Source: Rebecca billardiae RCC1528 (taxonomy: Eukaryota > Protista > Haptophyta). From it: 64,000 nt of DNA. Where the stretch lies: positions 620,001 to 684,000 of the forward strand of contig OZ251249.1 in the NCBI GenBank assembly GCA_965240325.2, read 5' to 3'. The position numbers and the translations under genes were made by a program. Shown piece after piece: positions 34,411 through 47,639 of this stretch (position 1 is its first letter; the number at the start of each line of letters is the position of its first letter). The notes below the pieces were generated by a model that worked only from the letters and a program-made list of their open reading frames with translations, ran no database searches and had not been told where the DNA came from.

Positions 34411-36414
34411 CGGTGGCGGCGGCGGCGGCGGTGGCGGCGGCGCGGCCGGCGCCGACGGTGCCGACGGCGCGCGCGCGGCGCTTCTCGACGCGCTCTGCGC
34501 GTGGGTGCACGTCGCGCACACACGCGCCGCCGCCGACGCCGCCGCGCCGGCCACGCGCGCGCTCGCGGCCGCGCTCGGCGGCGGCGGCGACGGCCCGCGG
34601 CGTGCGCTGCTGGCGGCGTGGCGCGCGGCGGAGGCGGAGGCGGGTGCGGGCGTGGCGCTAGCGGGCGCGCTGCGCACGGCGCTCCTCGAGCGCGCGCGCG
34701 CCGGCGCAGGCGGCGCGGCCGCCAAGCGGCCGACCGCCGCCGCGCGCGCCGACGCCATTCTCGCGCTGGCGTTGCTCGCGGCCGGCTCGCGCGCGGCGGC
34801 GGGCGGCGGCGCGGCGGGCGGCGCGGCGGGCGGCGCGGCGGGCGGCGCGGCGGGCGGCGGCGCGGCGGTGGACGAGGAGCTCTCCGAGCTGCTCGGCACG
34901 GCGGTGCGCGCGCCCGACGGCGCGCTCGTCGCCGCGGCCGTCGCGGCCGACGGCGCCGGGCTCGGCGGCGGCGCGCTCGGCGCCGTCGGCGAATGCGGCG
35001 CCGCGGCTGCGCTGTGCGCTGCGCTGCTTGCGCCGAGCGGCGATGGGTGCGGTGGGTGCGGCGGCGCGGGCGTGGGCGTGCTGCGCGTCAGCCTCGACGC
35101 CGGCGCGACGGCGCAGCTCAGCGCGCTGCTCGCCGCGTGCGCGATGCGCGGCGGCGCGGCGGCGCGCGCGCGCGCGCTCACGGGCGCGCGCGCGCTCGCG
35201 CGCGCGGCGGCCGCGGGCGACGCGGCGGCGGCCGCGGGCGCGCGCGCGCTCGCGGAGCGCGCGCGCGCGCAGTGCGCGGCGTGGGCGCCGGCGCTGTGCG
35301 CGCGCGACGCGCACGACCACGCCGCGCCCGCCACCGTCGCCCTCGCCGCCGCCGCCGACGCCACTGAGGCGCTCGCGCGCGAGCGCGCGTGCGCGCGCGA
35401 CGGCGGCGCGGCGGCGCGCGCGGCGCTGGGCGCGGACGGCGCGCGCGGCGGCGGCGGCGGCGCGGAGGGCGGCGGGCGGCTGACGGCGCTGCTGAGCGCG
35501 CTGCTGAGCGCGCCGCCCACCGCCAGCCCGAGCCCTACGCCGCACGCGCCCGGCCGCTCGCCCGCGCGCGCCTCCGCCGCGCTCGCCGCCGCCGCGGCCG
35601 CCGCGGCCGCCGCAGCGCACGGCGCCGCGCTGACGCGCGCGCTCGGCGCGCGCGGCGCGTGCGCCCTTCTGCTGGCGGCGTGCCACCCGGCGTGCGGCGC
35701 GCGCGGCGCGGAGCGGCGAGGCGCGGCGGCCGCCGCGGCGGAGGCGGGCCCCGCCGCCGCCGACGCGCTCGCGCTCCTGCCCGCCGCGCCGCCGCGCTCG
35801 GCGGCCGCGGCGCGCGCCGCGGCCGCGGCAACGCTGAGCGGCGCGCGCGCGCGCGCGCTGTCGCCGGCCGACATCGCGGCGGAGGTGGTGGCGTCGGCAC
35901 GCGGGCTGCGCGCGCCGGGCGCGCGGTGCCGCGCGGCGGCGGTGCGCGCGGCGGGCGCGCTCGCCGCCGCCGAGGCCTCCGCACACGCCGACGCGCGGCG
36001 GCCCGGCGGCGGCGGCGCGCCGCCCGGCCTGGCAGCCGCGCCGCCGCCGCTTGTCGCGTGCGCGCTGGCTCGGGCGCTGAGTGCGCTGCTTGCGCCGGTG
36101 TGGCGCGAGCTGCTGCGGCTGAGCGCGGCGGACGTGGCGATCGTGGGCGCGGCGGACGAGGGCGCGGTGGTCCCCGCGCCGGAGGACGACGACGCGCACG
36201 CCGGCGGCGCGCCCCTTATCGCCGGCAACGCGCCAGCGGCGCGGCCGTCGGCCGCTTTGCGCGCGCTCACCGCCGCTGTGGCAGAGCTGGGCGGCGGCGG
36301 CGTGGCGGCGGGCAGCGAGGCGGCGAGGCCGCCGTCGGCCGCGCCGCAGGCCGCGCGCGCTGCCTCCGCCGCCTCGAGCGGCAGCGGCGGCGCCGGCAGG
36401 GGCGGCGGGGCGAC

Positions 36415-36453
<39 letters not shown>

Positions 36454-37503
36454 GGCCGGCGCGGCCGGCGGCGGCGCGGCCGGCGGCGGCGGCGCGGCCG
36501 GCGGCGGCGGCGCGAAGAAGGGCGGCGGAGCGAAGGGCGGCGCGGAGTCGAAGGCGGCCAAGTACGCGCGGCTCAACGCCAAGGCGGCCGCCGCCGTGAC
36601 GGGCCCAGCCGCGGGCGGCGCGGCGGGCGGCGGCGCGGCCGCCGTGCCGCCGCCGCCGCCGCCGCCCGCCGCCGCCGCCGCCGCCGCGTCCGCCGCCGCG
36701 CCCGGCGGCGGCGGCGGCGGCGGCGCGGCGCCCTCGCCGCTCGAGCTGGCGCGGCGGCGCGCGCTCGAGTCGCAGGGCGAGGCGCGCGCGGCGGCGCGCT
36801 TCGCCCTCGCGCTCGTGAGCGACTGCGTCCTCTGCGCCAGTGCAGTGCTGCTGGCGCGCGCGCGCGGCGCCGCGCGCCTGCGCGGCGGCGCGGGCGGCGC
36901 GGGCGGCGCGCGCGCGGCCTCGGCCGCGGCCGCGGCCGCCGCGGCCGACGACGACGCGGGCAGCCTGCGCGCGCTGCGCGCGGCGTTGCGCGCGCTGCTG
37001 CGCTCGCCGCTGCCCTTCGCGCCGCGCGTGCACCAGCTCGCCGCCTCCGCCCTCTGTGCCGCCGCGCCGCCGCCGCTCAGCGCGTGTGCGCGCGCACTTG
37101 CTGTCGCGACCTCGGTCGCTGCGGACGGCGACGCGGCCGCAGCGCACGCTGCCGCGGCCGCCGCGCAGCTCGGCGGGCTCGCGGTGTCGACGCGCGCGGC
37201 GGGCGGGGCGCACGACGACGAGCGCATGCCGGCGGGCACGCCGCGCCGCGCCGCGCTCGTCTGGCGCGCGCTCGCCGCCACGCAGCGCGCGTGCGATGCT
37301 GCAGCGGACGAAGCGGCGGCTGACGCGGGCGGCGCGCCGCCGGGCGGCGGCGCGCTCGGCGGCGCGCCCGCCGCGGACGCGGTCGGCGGCGGCGCGGAGG
37401 GCGCGGACGAGCTGGACGCGGGGGCGCCGCGTGCGCAGAGCGCGCAGCTCGACGGTCTCGGCGTCGAGATCGTCTTCCCGCTCTGCGCCTTTGCTCTTCT
37501 CGA

Positions 37504-37556
<53 letters not shown>

Positions 37557-38192
37557 GCGGCGGCGCGGCGGCGGTCGGCGGCGGCGGCGCGGCGGCCGGC
37601 GGCGGCGGCGCGGCGGCAGGCGGTGGCGGCGGCGGCGCTGGCGCGGCGGCGGGCGGCGCGGCGGGCGGCGCCGACGGCGGCGACAGCGACATCGCCGATC
37701 CCGACGCCGACCCCGACGCCGCCAATGCCGGAGGGCGCGGCGGCGCGACGGCCGCGCGCGCGCGCGCGCTCGAGCTTGTGCGCGCGCACGCGGCCGCGCC
37801 GGGCCTGCCGCGCGCGCAGGCGGTGTGCGCGTTGCTCGCGGCGCTGCGCGGCGCGGCGCAGGGCGAGCGCGGCGCGGTGTCGCGCGCGCTGCGCGCCGTC
37901 GCCGCCGGCGTGCGCGCCGACCCCGCCAACCCCGGCGGCGCAGCAGCCACCGACGCCGCGTATTCAAGGTACTCAAGTTACCCGTGCGTGTACTCAATTT
38001 ACCCGCTTCTGGATGCGGCGGCGCTGGGCGCGGACGCGGACGCGCGCGCGCACTGCCTCGGCGCGCTGGCGGCGGTGGGGCCGGAGACGCTCCGGGCGTG
38101 CCTCGCGCGCGCGGCGGAGGAACCAGAGCTCGACGCGGCCGCCGCCGACGCCGCCGCCGCCGCCGCCAGCGCGCCTGGCGTGGTCGCTGGCA

Positions 38193-38247
<55 letters not shown>

Positions 38248-40675
38248 GTCGGCGGCGCCGTCGGCCGCGGCGCTCGCGCGCGCTTGCATCCCGCTGCTGT
38301 CGCTGTGCTGCGCCGACGAGTCGGAGGCGAACGGCGCGCAGGCGCAGGCGCTGTGGGAGCGCGCGCGCCCGCCGCTGCCGCCGAGCTGGCTCGCCGCGCT
38401 GCGCGCGCGCGCCACCGCCGCCGACGGCGACGAGCGCGTCGCGGCCGCGGCCGCGCGCGCGCTCGTGCGCGCGTGCGCGGCCGATCCACCGGCGCTGCAG
38501 CCGACGCTCGCGGCGCTGATGGGGATCTTCGAGGGCGCGAAGGACGCGCCGCCGGGCGAGGCCGGCGGCGGCGCGTCCGCCGCCGGCCCGCGCGGCGCGC
38601 CGCCGCCGCGCGCCGACGCGCACGGCGCGAGCGGCGCCGCGCGCGCGCGCGCGCGCGCGCGCGCGCTGCGCGCGCTTTCGGCGCTCGCGCCGCAGCTGGC
38701 GCCGGCGCAGCTGCCGGCGTTGTTTGCCTTCCTGTGCGCGCACGCGTTCGCGGACGCGGACGACGGCGTGCACGGCGCGGCGGTGCAGCTAGGCCTCGAC
38801 GCGCTCGACGCGCCCGCCGGCGCGCAGGGCGGCGTCGCGCTCGTTCTGCCGTTGCTTGATCGCCGGCTCGCGACGACGGCGGCGGCGGGCTCGGCGGCGG
38901 GCGGCGGCGGCGGCGCGGCGGACGCGGAGGCGGCGGATCGGCTGCACGGCGCGCTGGTGGCGTGCGTCGGCGGCGCGGCGCAGCACATTCCGGACGGCGA
39001 CGCGCGCGTGAGCGCCGCGCTCGCCCGCCTTCTGCAGACGCTGGCCACGCCCTCGGAGGCGGTGCAGCGCGACGCCTCTCGCGTGCTCGTGCGGCTGTGC
39101 GCGCGGCCGGACGTGAAGAGCCGCGCGGGCGAGCTGATCGCGCAGCTGCTCGGCGAGATGCTCGGGTCCGGGGCTGCGGAGTCCGGGGGGGGCGCCGACG
39201 CGGGCGGCGCGCCGAGCGCGCCATACGGCGCGCGGCGCGGCGCGGCGTACGGCCTCGGCGCCGTCGTGAAGGGGGTCGGCATCCCGGCGCTGAAAGCGCA
39301 TGGGGTGATGACGGCGCTCGGCGGCGCGGCGGGCGAGCGCCGCTCGCCGCCCGCGGCGAAGGAGTCGGCGCTGATGGGCTACGAGCTGCTCTGCGACGCG
39401 CTCGGCCGACTGTTCGAGCCCTACGTTCTGTCGGTGATGCCGCACTTGCTCGCGTGCGCCGCCGACGGCAACGGCGCGGTGCGCGCCGCGTCGGCGGGTG
39501 CGTGCCGCGCAATCTTCTCGAGGCTGTCGGCGCAGGGGGTCAAGATGGCCCTCCCCTCGCTGGTGGGCGCGCTGGCGGAGACGTCGCCGTGGCGCACGAA
39601 GCAGGCGGCGTGCGAGCTGATTGGCGCGACCGCGCACTGCGCGCCGCGCGTCCTCGCCGCCGCGCTCCCGTCAGCGCTGCCAGCGCTCCAGCGAGCTCTC
39701 ACCGACCCGCACGCGAAAGTGGTCTCGGCCGCGCAGGGCGCGGTCGCAGAACTGGGCGCGCACACGCACGGCTCGTCGCCCGAGTTCAAGAAGCTCGCGC
39801 CCGCGCTGCTCGACGCGCTCGCGCGGCCGGGCGAGAAGACAGGCGCCGCGCTGCGCGCCGTCGCGCACGCGCGCTTCACCCAGCGCCTCGACGGCCCGGC
39901 GCTCGCGCTGCTTGCGCCTGTCGCGGTGCGCGGCCTCCGCGCTGACTTGGACGCGGACACGAAGCGACGCGCGGCGCACGTGTTCGGCAGCCTGCCCACG
40001 CTCGCGCGCGAGCGCGCGGAGATCGCGCCATACGCGACCGACGCTCTGGGCCCGCTGCTTGCGCTCCTGGCTGACGCCATCCCGGAGGTGCGCGCGACCG
40101 CGGCCAAGGCGGTCGGCTCGCTCGTGTCTGGGCTGGGCGAAGCGGCGCTGCCGAGCGTGCGACCGGCGCTGCGCAGGGCGATGGTGGAGGGCTCGTCGGC
40201 GGTCGAGCGCTCGGGCGCGGCGCTCGGGCTCGTCGAGACGGTGCGCGCGCTCGGCTCCGACGCTCTCGAGAGCGAGCTCCCGACGATCGCCCACGGCTGC
40301 GCGCACGGCGCGCCGCGCGCGCGAGAGGGACACCTGGTTGCCCTGGCGCATCTGGCGACGGCGTTCCGGGCAGAGCTGCGGCCGCAGCTGGGGCCGTTAC
40401 TGTCGGTTACGCTCGCGCAGATCACGGGCGAGTCGGACGCGGTGCGCGACGCGGCGCTCTCCGCGGCGCGCGCGCTCGCCTTTGCCGGCGCGCGCGCCTC
40501 ACCCGTCCCGACCGTCCGCGCGCTGTTGCGATTTGCCGACCTCCCGAGCTGGCGCGTGCGCGCCGCCGCGGTCGGACTGCTCGGGGCTATCTCGGATACG
40601 CTCGGCGCGGCGTCCGACGCGGGCGCGGCGGCGGCGGCGGCGGCCGGCGGCGGGGACGACGACGAGGACGACGAG

Positions 40676-40710
<35 letters not shown>

Positions 40711-40711
40711 A

Positions 40712-40743
<32 letters not shown>

Positions 40744-41550
40744 GGAGGGCGGCGGCGGCGGCGCCCTTCGCGGCCGCCCGCTCGGCCTCGGCATGCTACC
40801 GCGCACGCTCGAGTGCTCGCTCGCGGCGTGCCTGTACATCGCGCGCTTCGACGCGCACCAGTCGGTGCGCAGCGCGGCGGCGGACGCGTGGAAGCGGCGG
40901 GTGCCGCACTCGGCGCGCGCGCTGCGGCTGTGCCTCCCGCAACTAACCGAGCGCTTGATCGGCGCGCTCGCCGACGGCGACGACGACGCGCAACGCGTCG
41001 CCGCCGAGGCGCTGGCCGAGGTGGTGGCGAAGATGGGGGAGCGTGTCTTCGGCGAGCTGCTGCCCGCGCTGCGCAACGGGCTGCGCGCGCCCGAGGAGCA
41101 CCGCCGGATCGGCGTGTGCTTCGGGCTGGCTGAGACGATTCGCGCGGCGCCGCGCGAGCAGGTGCGCGGTGCGGCGGCCGAGCTGCTGCCGCCGCTGAGC
41201 GACGCCCTGTGCGACCGCAACGCCGAGGTACGCGAGGCGGCGGTGGGCGCGCTGACGACGCTGCAGCGCGCCGCCGGCGCGGAGGTGCTCCAGAAGACGC
41301 TCGCCGAGATGCTGCACCGGATGGCGCGCGCCGCCGCGCGCCGCCGCGCCGCCGACAGCGGCGAGGGCGACGGCGGCGACGGCGGCTCGGACGGGGCGGA
41401 GGGCTCGGAGGCGGAGGCGGAGGCGGAGGCGGACGGGCAGGACGAGCTCGAGCCGGAGGAGGCCGAGGCGGCGGCGCAGCGCGGGCTGTGCGCAGTCATC
41501 TCCGTGCGCCCGGCCGCGGCGCTGCCCGTGCTGCTCAGCACTCTGCTGCC

Positions 41551-41599
<49 letters not shown>

Positions 41600-44233
41600 T
41601 CGGCGCGTGTCACGGCGCGGAGCTCGGCGGCGCTCGTGGCCGTGGCGCCGGCGGCGGCGCCGGCGCTCGGCGCGCACCTCGGCGCCATCTTTAGCCCGCT
41701 GCTCGCGACGATGGGTTGCGCCTACGCCGACGCCGCCGCCGACGACGCGGCCGCCGACGACGCGGCCGCGCGCGCGGACGCGGACGCGGCCGCGGCCGCG
41801 GCGCGCGCGCTCGCGGACGCTCTTGAGGACGACGATGCGGACGCCCTGGCGAGCCTGCTCTCGGCGCGCGCGGCGGACGAGGGCGGCGGCGCGGCCGAGC
41901 GCGCGGCGGCGCTCGACGTGCTCGGCGCCCTCTGCGCGCCGACCCACCGCTTCGACCTCACACCCGCCGCCGCGCGGCTGTGCGTCACCCTGCTCCCGGA
42001 CGGCGCGCCGTGCGTGCGCGCGCGCGCGCTCGGCTGCGCCAAGGCGATCTACGGCGGGATGGCGAAGGAGAAGTACCCGCTGCACGCCGCGCCGCTCGCC
42101 GACGCGCTCGCAGAGGTGGTCTCGGCGCGCGCGGCCGTGCGCGCGCGCCTCGCGCGCGCCGCCGCGCGCGCCGCGGCGATGCGCGCGCTCGGCGCTGGCC
42201 AGGAGCCGGTCGGCGCGGCGCGCGCGGCCGCGGCCGCGGCGGCGGCCGCCGACGGCGGCGAGGGCGGCGGCGGCGGCGCGGCGTCGCTGCTCCCCGCGCT
42301 GTGCGCCGCGCCGGGCCCCGCACCCTTCCTCCCGCCGCTGCTCGGCGCGCTGATGGGCGGCACCGCCGACGCGCGCGAGGCCGCCGCGTCGGCGCTCGAG
42401 CTGCTTGTCGCGCACACGCCTGCGGCCGTGCTGCGCGCGCACGCCGTCCAAATCGCCGGACCGCTGATCCGGATTCTTGGCGACCGGTTCGGCTCGGCGG
42501 TGCGCGCGGCGATCCTGCGCGCGCTGCGCGCGCTGATGGCGCACCACGCCGCCACGCTCCGCCCGTTCCTGCCGCAGCTGCAGACCACCTTCGTCCGAGC
42601 CATCGCCGACAGCTCTCGAGTGGTCCGGCTGCAGGGGTGCCGCGCGGTCGCGGCGCTAGCCATGCTCTCGCCTCGGGTTGACTCGTTGCTCAGCGAGCTG
42701 GCCGCAGGTGCGCGCAGCGCAGCGCGAACGGCCGGCCCGGCGGGTGCGCGTGTGTGCGTGTGCGCGCGCGCGCGTGCGTGCCCGGCCGCGCGAGAGCGGC
42801 GCACGCAACGGTCGGCCCGGGCGGCGCGGCGCCGCGCTCACCGGCGACGCCCCTGCGCGCGCGCGCGTGCGCACGCGCGCCGCCGCCCCGTCGCCTCTGC
42901 CGCTCGGCCATGGGCTGCGCTGCGCGCGCGTGCTCTCGCGGTGCGCAGCGCCGGGCAAGGCGGGCACGGAGCAGCCGGCGAAGCTCGCCGCGGTCTTCGC
43001 GCTCGGCGCCGCGCTCAGCGCGCTCGTCGACGCCACCCCCTCCGCAGCGACCGCGCGCTCGGTCGTGGAAGCAATGGAGGCGCGTGTGGCTGATGAGACG
43101 GTGCGCGCGCGCGCGCGGACGCGCACCGCGCCCACGCCGGCCCGTCTGGCTCATTCGGAGCCCGTACCCGCGCGCCGACCCCGCCCCCGCGCGCGCGCTC
43201 GCTCGCGCAGGAGGACGAGCGGATGGCCTCGGCGTGCGCGGTCGCCCTCGGCGGCGCGTGCCGCGTGCTGCCCGCGCCGGAGGCGGCCGATCTCGCGCGC
43301 GAGATTGCGACGCGGGTGCAGGCGCCGCCCGGCGGCTCGGGCGCGGTGCGCGCGGCGTACGCCGCGGCGCTCGCCTCGGCGGCGCGCGCGGCGCACCCGT
43401 CCGCCCTCGCGCCGTGCGCGCCCGCGCTCGTCGCCGCCACCGAGGCCGCGGCCGCGGACGCCGATGAGGTGAGGGCACCGCGCCGCCGCGCCGCTGCGCG
43501 CTCGCCGCGCCGCCGCGCCGCCCGCCGCCTGCTCGCGCCGCCGCGCCCGTCGCGCCGCCGCCCCGCCTGCGTGCGCGCCGCCCGCCCGGGCCGTGCGCTC
43601 GCTTGCTTGCCCGCGCGCTCACGCCCGGCGCGTCGGTCTCGTCCCGGGCGGCGCGCCCCGCAGGATGCGTGCCGGCAGGGCGGCGCGCGCGCGGCGGCGC
43701 GTCTGCTGCAGCGGCTAACGGCGCCGACGGCCGACGCGACGCGGGAGGTCATGGGCGCGCCCACCGCCGAGCCGCGGCGCGTGGCGGAGGAGGAGGCGGC
43801 GGCGGCCGCCGCGCTCGCCGACGCCGACGCCCTCCGCGCGCGGCTGCGCGCCACGCTCGCCGCGCTGCTCGCCGACCCGTCCGACGAGGTGCGAGTGGTC
43901 AGCCTGCACGCGGTCAAGCAGCTCGCGCGCGTGTGGGCGGCCGAGCCCGCCGCCCGCGTGCAGCTCGCGCAGGCTCTCGGCGCGCCGCTCGGCGCGGCGA
44001 TCGCCAAGCCGTCGATCGCCACCAAGGCGCTCGTCGACCGCACCGTCTTCTGGCTGCTGCTCGGAAGCGTCGCCGCCGCCGGCGGCAGCCCGGGCCCCGA
44101 CGCTGCGAACGCTGCGCTCAGGGCGCTCGGCGGCGGCGTGCCGGCGCCGCTCTCCGAGCACTGCACACGCCGGCTCGTCCGCGTCGACGCCGAGGAGACC
44201 GAGGCGGAGGACGAGCTCGATGCCTTCTACTGA
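32966..44233 (+). CDS. GCN1: GCN1 translational activator (HEAT repeats); exons 32966-42707, 42949-43100, 43211-43468, 43664-44233 (~3570 aa)
   Basis: LATPSEAVQ, RRGAAYGLGAVVKGVGI, LGRLFEPYV, LSAQGVKMALPSL, WRTKQAACELIGA, VERSGAALGL, RIGVCFGLAE, QIAGPLIRILGDRF, LRPFLPQLQTTFVRA. The N-terminal half is highly diverged and Ala/Gly-rich. Confidence 0.92.
34289..34441 (+). repeat. (GGC/GGT)n coding microsatellite, about 50 Gly, in GCN1
   Basis: Direct observation. Confidence 0.95.
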
Positions 44234-44486
44234 GGGCTCGCGTAGGCATCGGCTGAGGAGGCTGCGCATGTATCAGTCCTCGCCCACGCGCGCATGGCGC
44301 ACGTGCGCCCCGGCGGATCTTCGAATAACGTCGCGTGATGGCGATCGATTCTTTTTTGCTAGCTCGATCCCGCCTTGAGCAGACTCAGCCGCGAGCATCA
44401 ATAAGATGCAGTAGCGCATGCAAAACTCGGACTTTTTAATTTTTGGTAACATGATGCCGGGATTCCGTCGCGTGCACACGGCCGTC

Positions 44487-45870
44487 ATGGCTGCAGACCG
44501 CTTGCGCGCCGCATGCCTCCTGCTCGCCGGGGTGCTTCACGGAGCAGCCCCCCGCGCGGCCGAGGCTGGTGACGGGGATGGGTGTTCCGAGGGGACCAAC
44601 GGCACGCGTCTGGCCTTCATCCACGTGGGCAAGGGTGTGCGCCGCAGCTTCCAGCGCGTGGCCGCGCACGCGCGCAAGCGTGGCGCCGCTCGCGGCGAGC
44701 GGATGGAGTCAGCCCCCATACTCGCATCCTCCCCCCCTTCCTTTATGATTGGCCGGTGGCAGCTCGCATGGGGCGTGCCGTGTGCTGCCCGGGCGCACGT
44801 GCATGCGCTCCTGACACCGTCGAACCCCCGCGCCTGCCACCGCCCTGCTGCATGCCGCGCGCGTCGCCGCAGCCGCAGGCGCGAGCGTGCGCACGGTCCT
44901 GCGCCGACATCACATCGGCTTCTGCGAGAGGCACATGCACCCGGTGCTACTGTCCGACCTGGCGGCAGCGTCCGGGCGCAGGGTCGTCGTCCCCATCCGC
45001 GACCCCGTCGACCGCCTCGTCAGCGCGCTCGCCTACTTCCACCGGAAAGAAAATCCGGACTCGCCCTTTTTCGTCAGCAAGGGCCCAAAGGGGCGGCGCG
45101 ACGAGCGCGCGGCGCGAGCGCGCGAGAAGCTGAACAGGACCGCGGGCGCCGGCGAGGTGCAGTTCACGCGCGCGGAGCTCCTGCGCTGCCTCCCGAGCGC
45201 CGCGCAGCTGGCACGGCTGCTCGCGCCGTCCGACGCAGCGCCTGAGCAGCCGGCTCCAGCGTCAGGCTCAGAGGCGCTCGATCACTGCCGACGCATCGCG
45301 GCGTGCGTCGTGGACGGCATTGACGCGCGCGCCGGATCCGGACTCTTGCACGTCGAGAAGGGCTATCGCTTCTACTTCGGCCCGCCGGGCGTGATGCGCG
45401 CCCTTGCCACGATGGACGTGTTTGCGGTGCGGCTCCCGGCCTTTGAGGAGGACGCGCACGAGCTGGTGCGCTGGGCAATGCGTGCCACTGAGCGGCCGGC
45501 TGCAGCGGCAGGCGAGAATGCCACGGCGCGTGGGCATGCTGCTGCACAGGTCGGCGCCATCACGCCGTCGGCCAGCCAGCCGCACGGGGCAGCACGGCGA
45601 GAGCTGCGCGGCACCAAGGCGGGCTCGACTCCGCACGTGCACAGCGACAGCGCAAAATACTCCGCTTACTGGGAGCCGCTTGACGAGCAGCTGGCCTCCG
45701 TCCTGGCGCGGCGCCTCGAGCCGGAGTACCAGGTCGCCGCGCAGCTGCTGTGTATCAGCACGAACGGGCACAGCTCGCTGCCGGCAGTGCTCGGCCGGCT
45801 GCGGCTCGACGGCTGCGCGCCAGGGCCCGAGGTGGATGCGCGCTGGCAATTGGCTCGTGATCTCAGCTGA
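44487..45870 (+). CDS. Sulfotransferase family protein (Sulfotransfer_2-like), paralog 1; exons 44487-44634, 44873-45870
   Basis: Signal/anchor; spliced 5'-PSB loop FIHVGK|AAGASVR; 3'-PB motif PIRDPVDRLVSALAYF. Confidence 0.8.
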
Positions 45871-46015
45871 CGAATGCTGATGAAAAGCAAGCGCATATTG
45901 GAAAAAAAAATGCTGCGCGCTTGAGGCCTTGAGCGCTCGTCGCACTTTTCACTGCTGACTGCGCAAGCATTTCCATGCCGCGAGGCGGACGCAAGTACGC
46001 AACTCGTGTCTCAGC

Positions 46016-47403
46016 ATGGCTGCTTGTCGCCCGCGCGTGGCAGGAGCCATCCTACTCGCTGCGGTTCTCCTCGGCGCAGCACCCCGTGCGGCGGATGCTG
46101 GTGACGGGTATGGCTGCCGCGATAACAGGCTGCGTGGCACGCAGCTGGCTTTTCTTCACGTGGGCAAGGGTGTGTGCACTGCTGCGCATGCGCGCAGCCT
46201 TTGCATGCGTGACTATGCGGCCCCGGCCGCGTGTCCGACGCAGTCGAAGCCAGCCATGGGCTGGGCATCTGGCGTCGGCAATCAGCCAGAGGTGGCTGGT
46301 TGTGCAGCACACAGTGCCCCGCCTCGTGCGTGCGCCCTGCTGACATCGTAAGGCCCTCGCTGCGCCTGATGCCACCGCACTGATCGACGCACCGCGCCTC
46401 GGCGCCCGCTGCCGCCTTCCTTTGATTGTTCGCCGCACGCGCAGCGGCAGGCGCCAGCGTGCGCGCGGTCCTGCGCCAGTATCGCATCAGCCACTGCGAG
46501 GTGCACATGCGCCCGGTGCTGCTGTCTGACCTGGTGGCAGCGTCCGGGCGCAGGGTCGTCGTCCCCATCCGCGACCCGGTGGACCGCCTCGTCAGCGCGC
46601 TCGCCTACTTGCACCGCAAGGGCAACCCAGCTTCACCTTTCTTCTTCACCAAGAGCGGGAGGTCGAAGCTAAACGTGAACACGACAGTCGGATGTGGCGA
46701 TGTGCAGTTCATGCACGCCGACGCCCTGCGCTGCCTCCCCAACGCAGTGCAGCTCGCCAGACTGCTGACTCACAGCACCGACGCAGCGCCCACCCAGCCC
46801 GCAGAGCACGCCCAGTGCCGACGCATAGCTGCGTGCGTGGTGGACACGCGCAACGGGCTGGGACTGTTCCACGTTGAGAAGGGCTATCGCTTCCACTTCG
46901 ACCAGCCAGGCGTGATGCGCGCCCTTGCCACGATGGACGTGTTTGTGGTGCGGCTCCCGGCCTTTGAGGAGGACGCGCACGAGCTGGTGCGCTGGGCAAT
47001 GCGTGCCACTGAGCGGCCGGCTGCAGCTGCAGACGACAATGCCACGGCGCGTGGGCAGGCTGCTGCACAGGCCGGCGCCATCACGCCGTCGGCCAGCCAG
47101 CCGCACGGGGCAGCACGGCGAGAGCTGCGCGGCACCAAGGCGGGCTCGACTCCGCACATGCACAACGACAGCGCAAAATACTCCGCTTACTGGGAGCCGC
47201 TTGACGAGCAGCTGGCCTCCGTCCTGGCGCGGCGCCTCGAGCCGGAGTACCAGGTCGTCGCGCAGCTGCTGTGTATCAGCACGAACGGGCATAGCTCGCT
47301 GCCGGCAGTGCTCGGCCGGCTGCGGCTCGACGGCTGCGCGCCAGGGCCCGAGGCGGATGCACGCTGGCAATTGGTTTTTGATCCTGACCAGCAAGTCAGC
47401 TGA
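46016..47403 (+). CDS. Sulfotransferase family protein, paralog 2; exons 46016-46169, 46445-47403
   Basis: FLHVGK|AAGASVR and PIRDPVDRLVSALAYL; same phase-1 intron as paralog 1. Confidence 0.8.
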
Positions 47404-47560
47404 TCGGAACAGTGCATGGCGACGATGACTGCTGAAAAACAACTAAATAAAAGGCTGTGGTACACCTACTGGCAACGCGCCCCTCACCTGCCTGCGCCGG
47501 TCTGTTTTGTGGCGGTGTCTTTGTGCAGTGTTGGATGGCGTTAATCACGCCTTAACCAAG

Positions 47561-47588
47561 TGTGCACGTTAAATCATAGTACACTGTA
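47561..47588 (+). repeat. Solo TIR-like repeat B
   Basis: TGTGCACGTTAAATCATAGTACACTGTA; one mismatch to 5157-5184. Confidence 0.65.
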
Positions 47589-47639
47589 ACACCGCGCAAG
47601 CATTTCCATGCCGAGGCGGACGCAACTCGTGTTATCAGC

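Noticed and set aside
33043-43622. Many long overlapping or antisense ORFs across GCN1, and similarly across other genes
   Set aside because: Shadow frames caused by extreme GC content and stop-codon scarcity; Arg/Ala/Pro-rich with no motifs.
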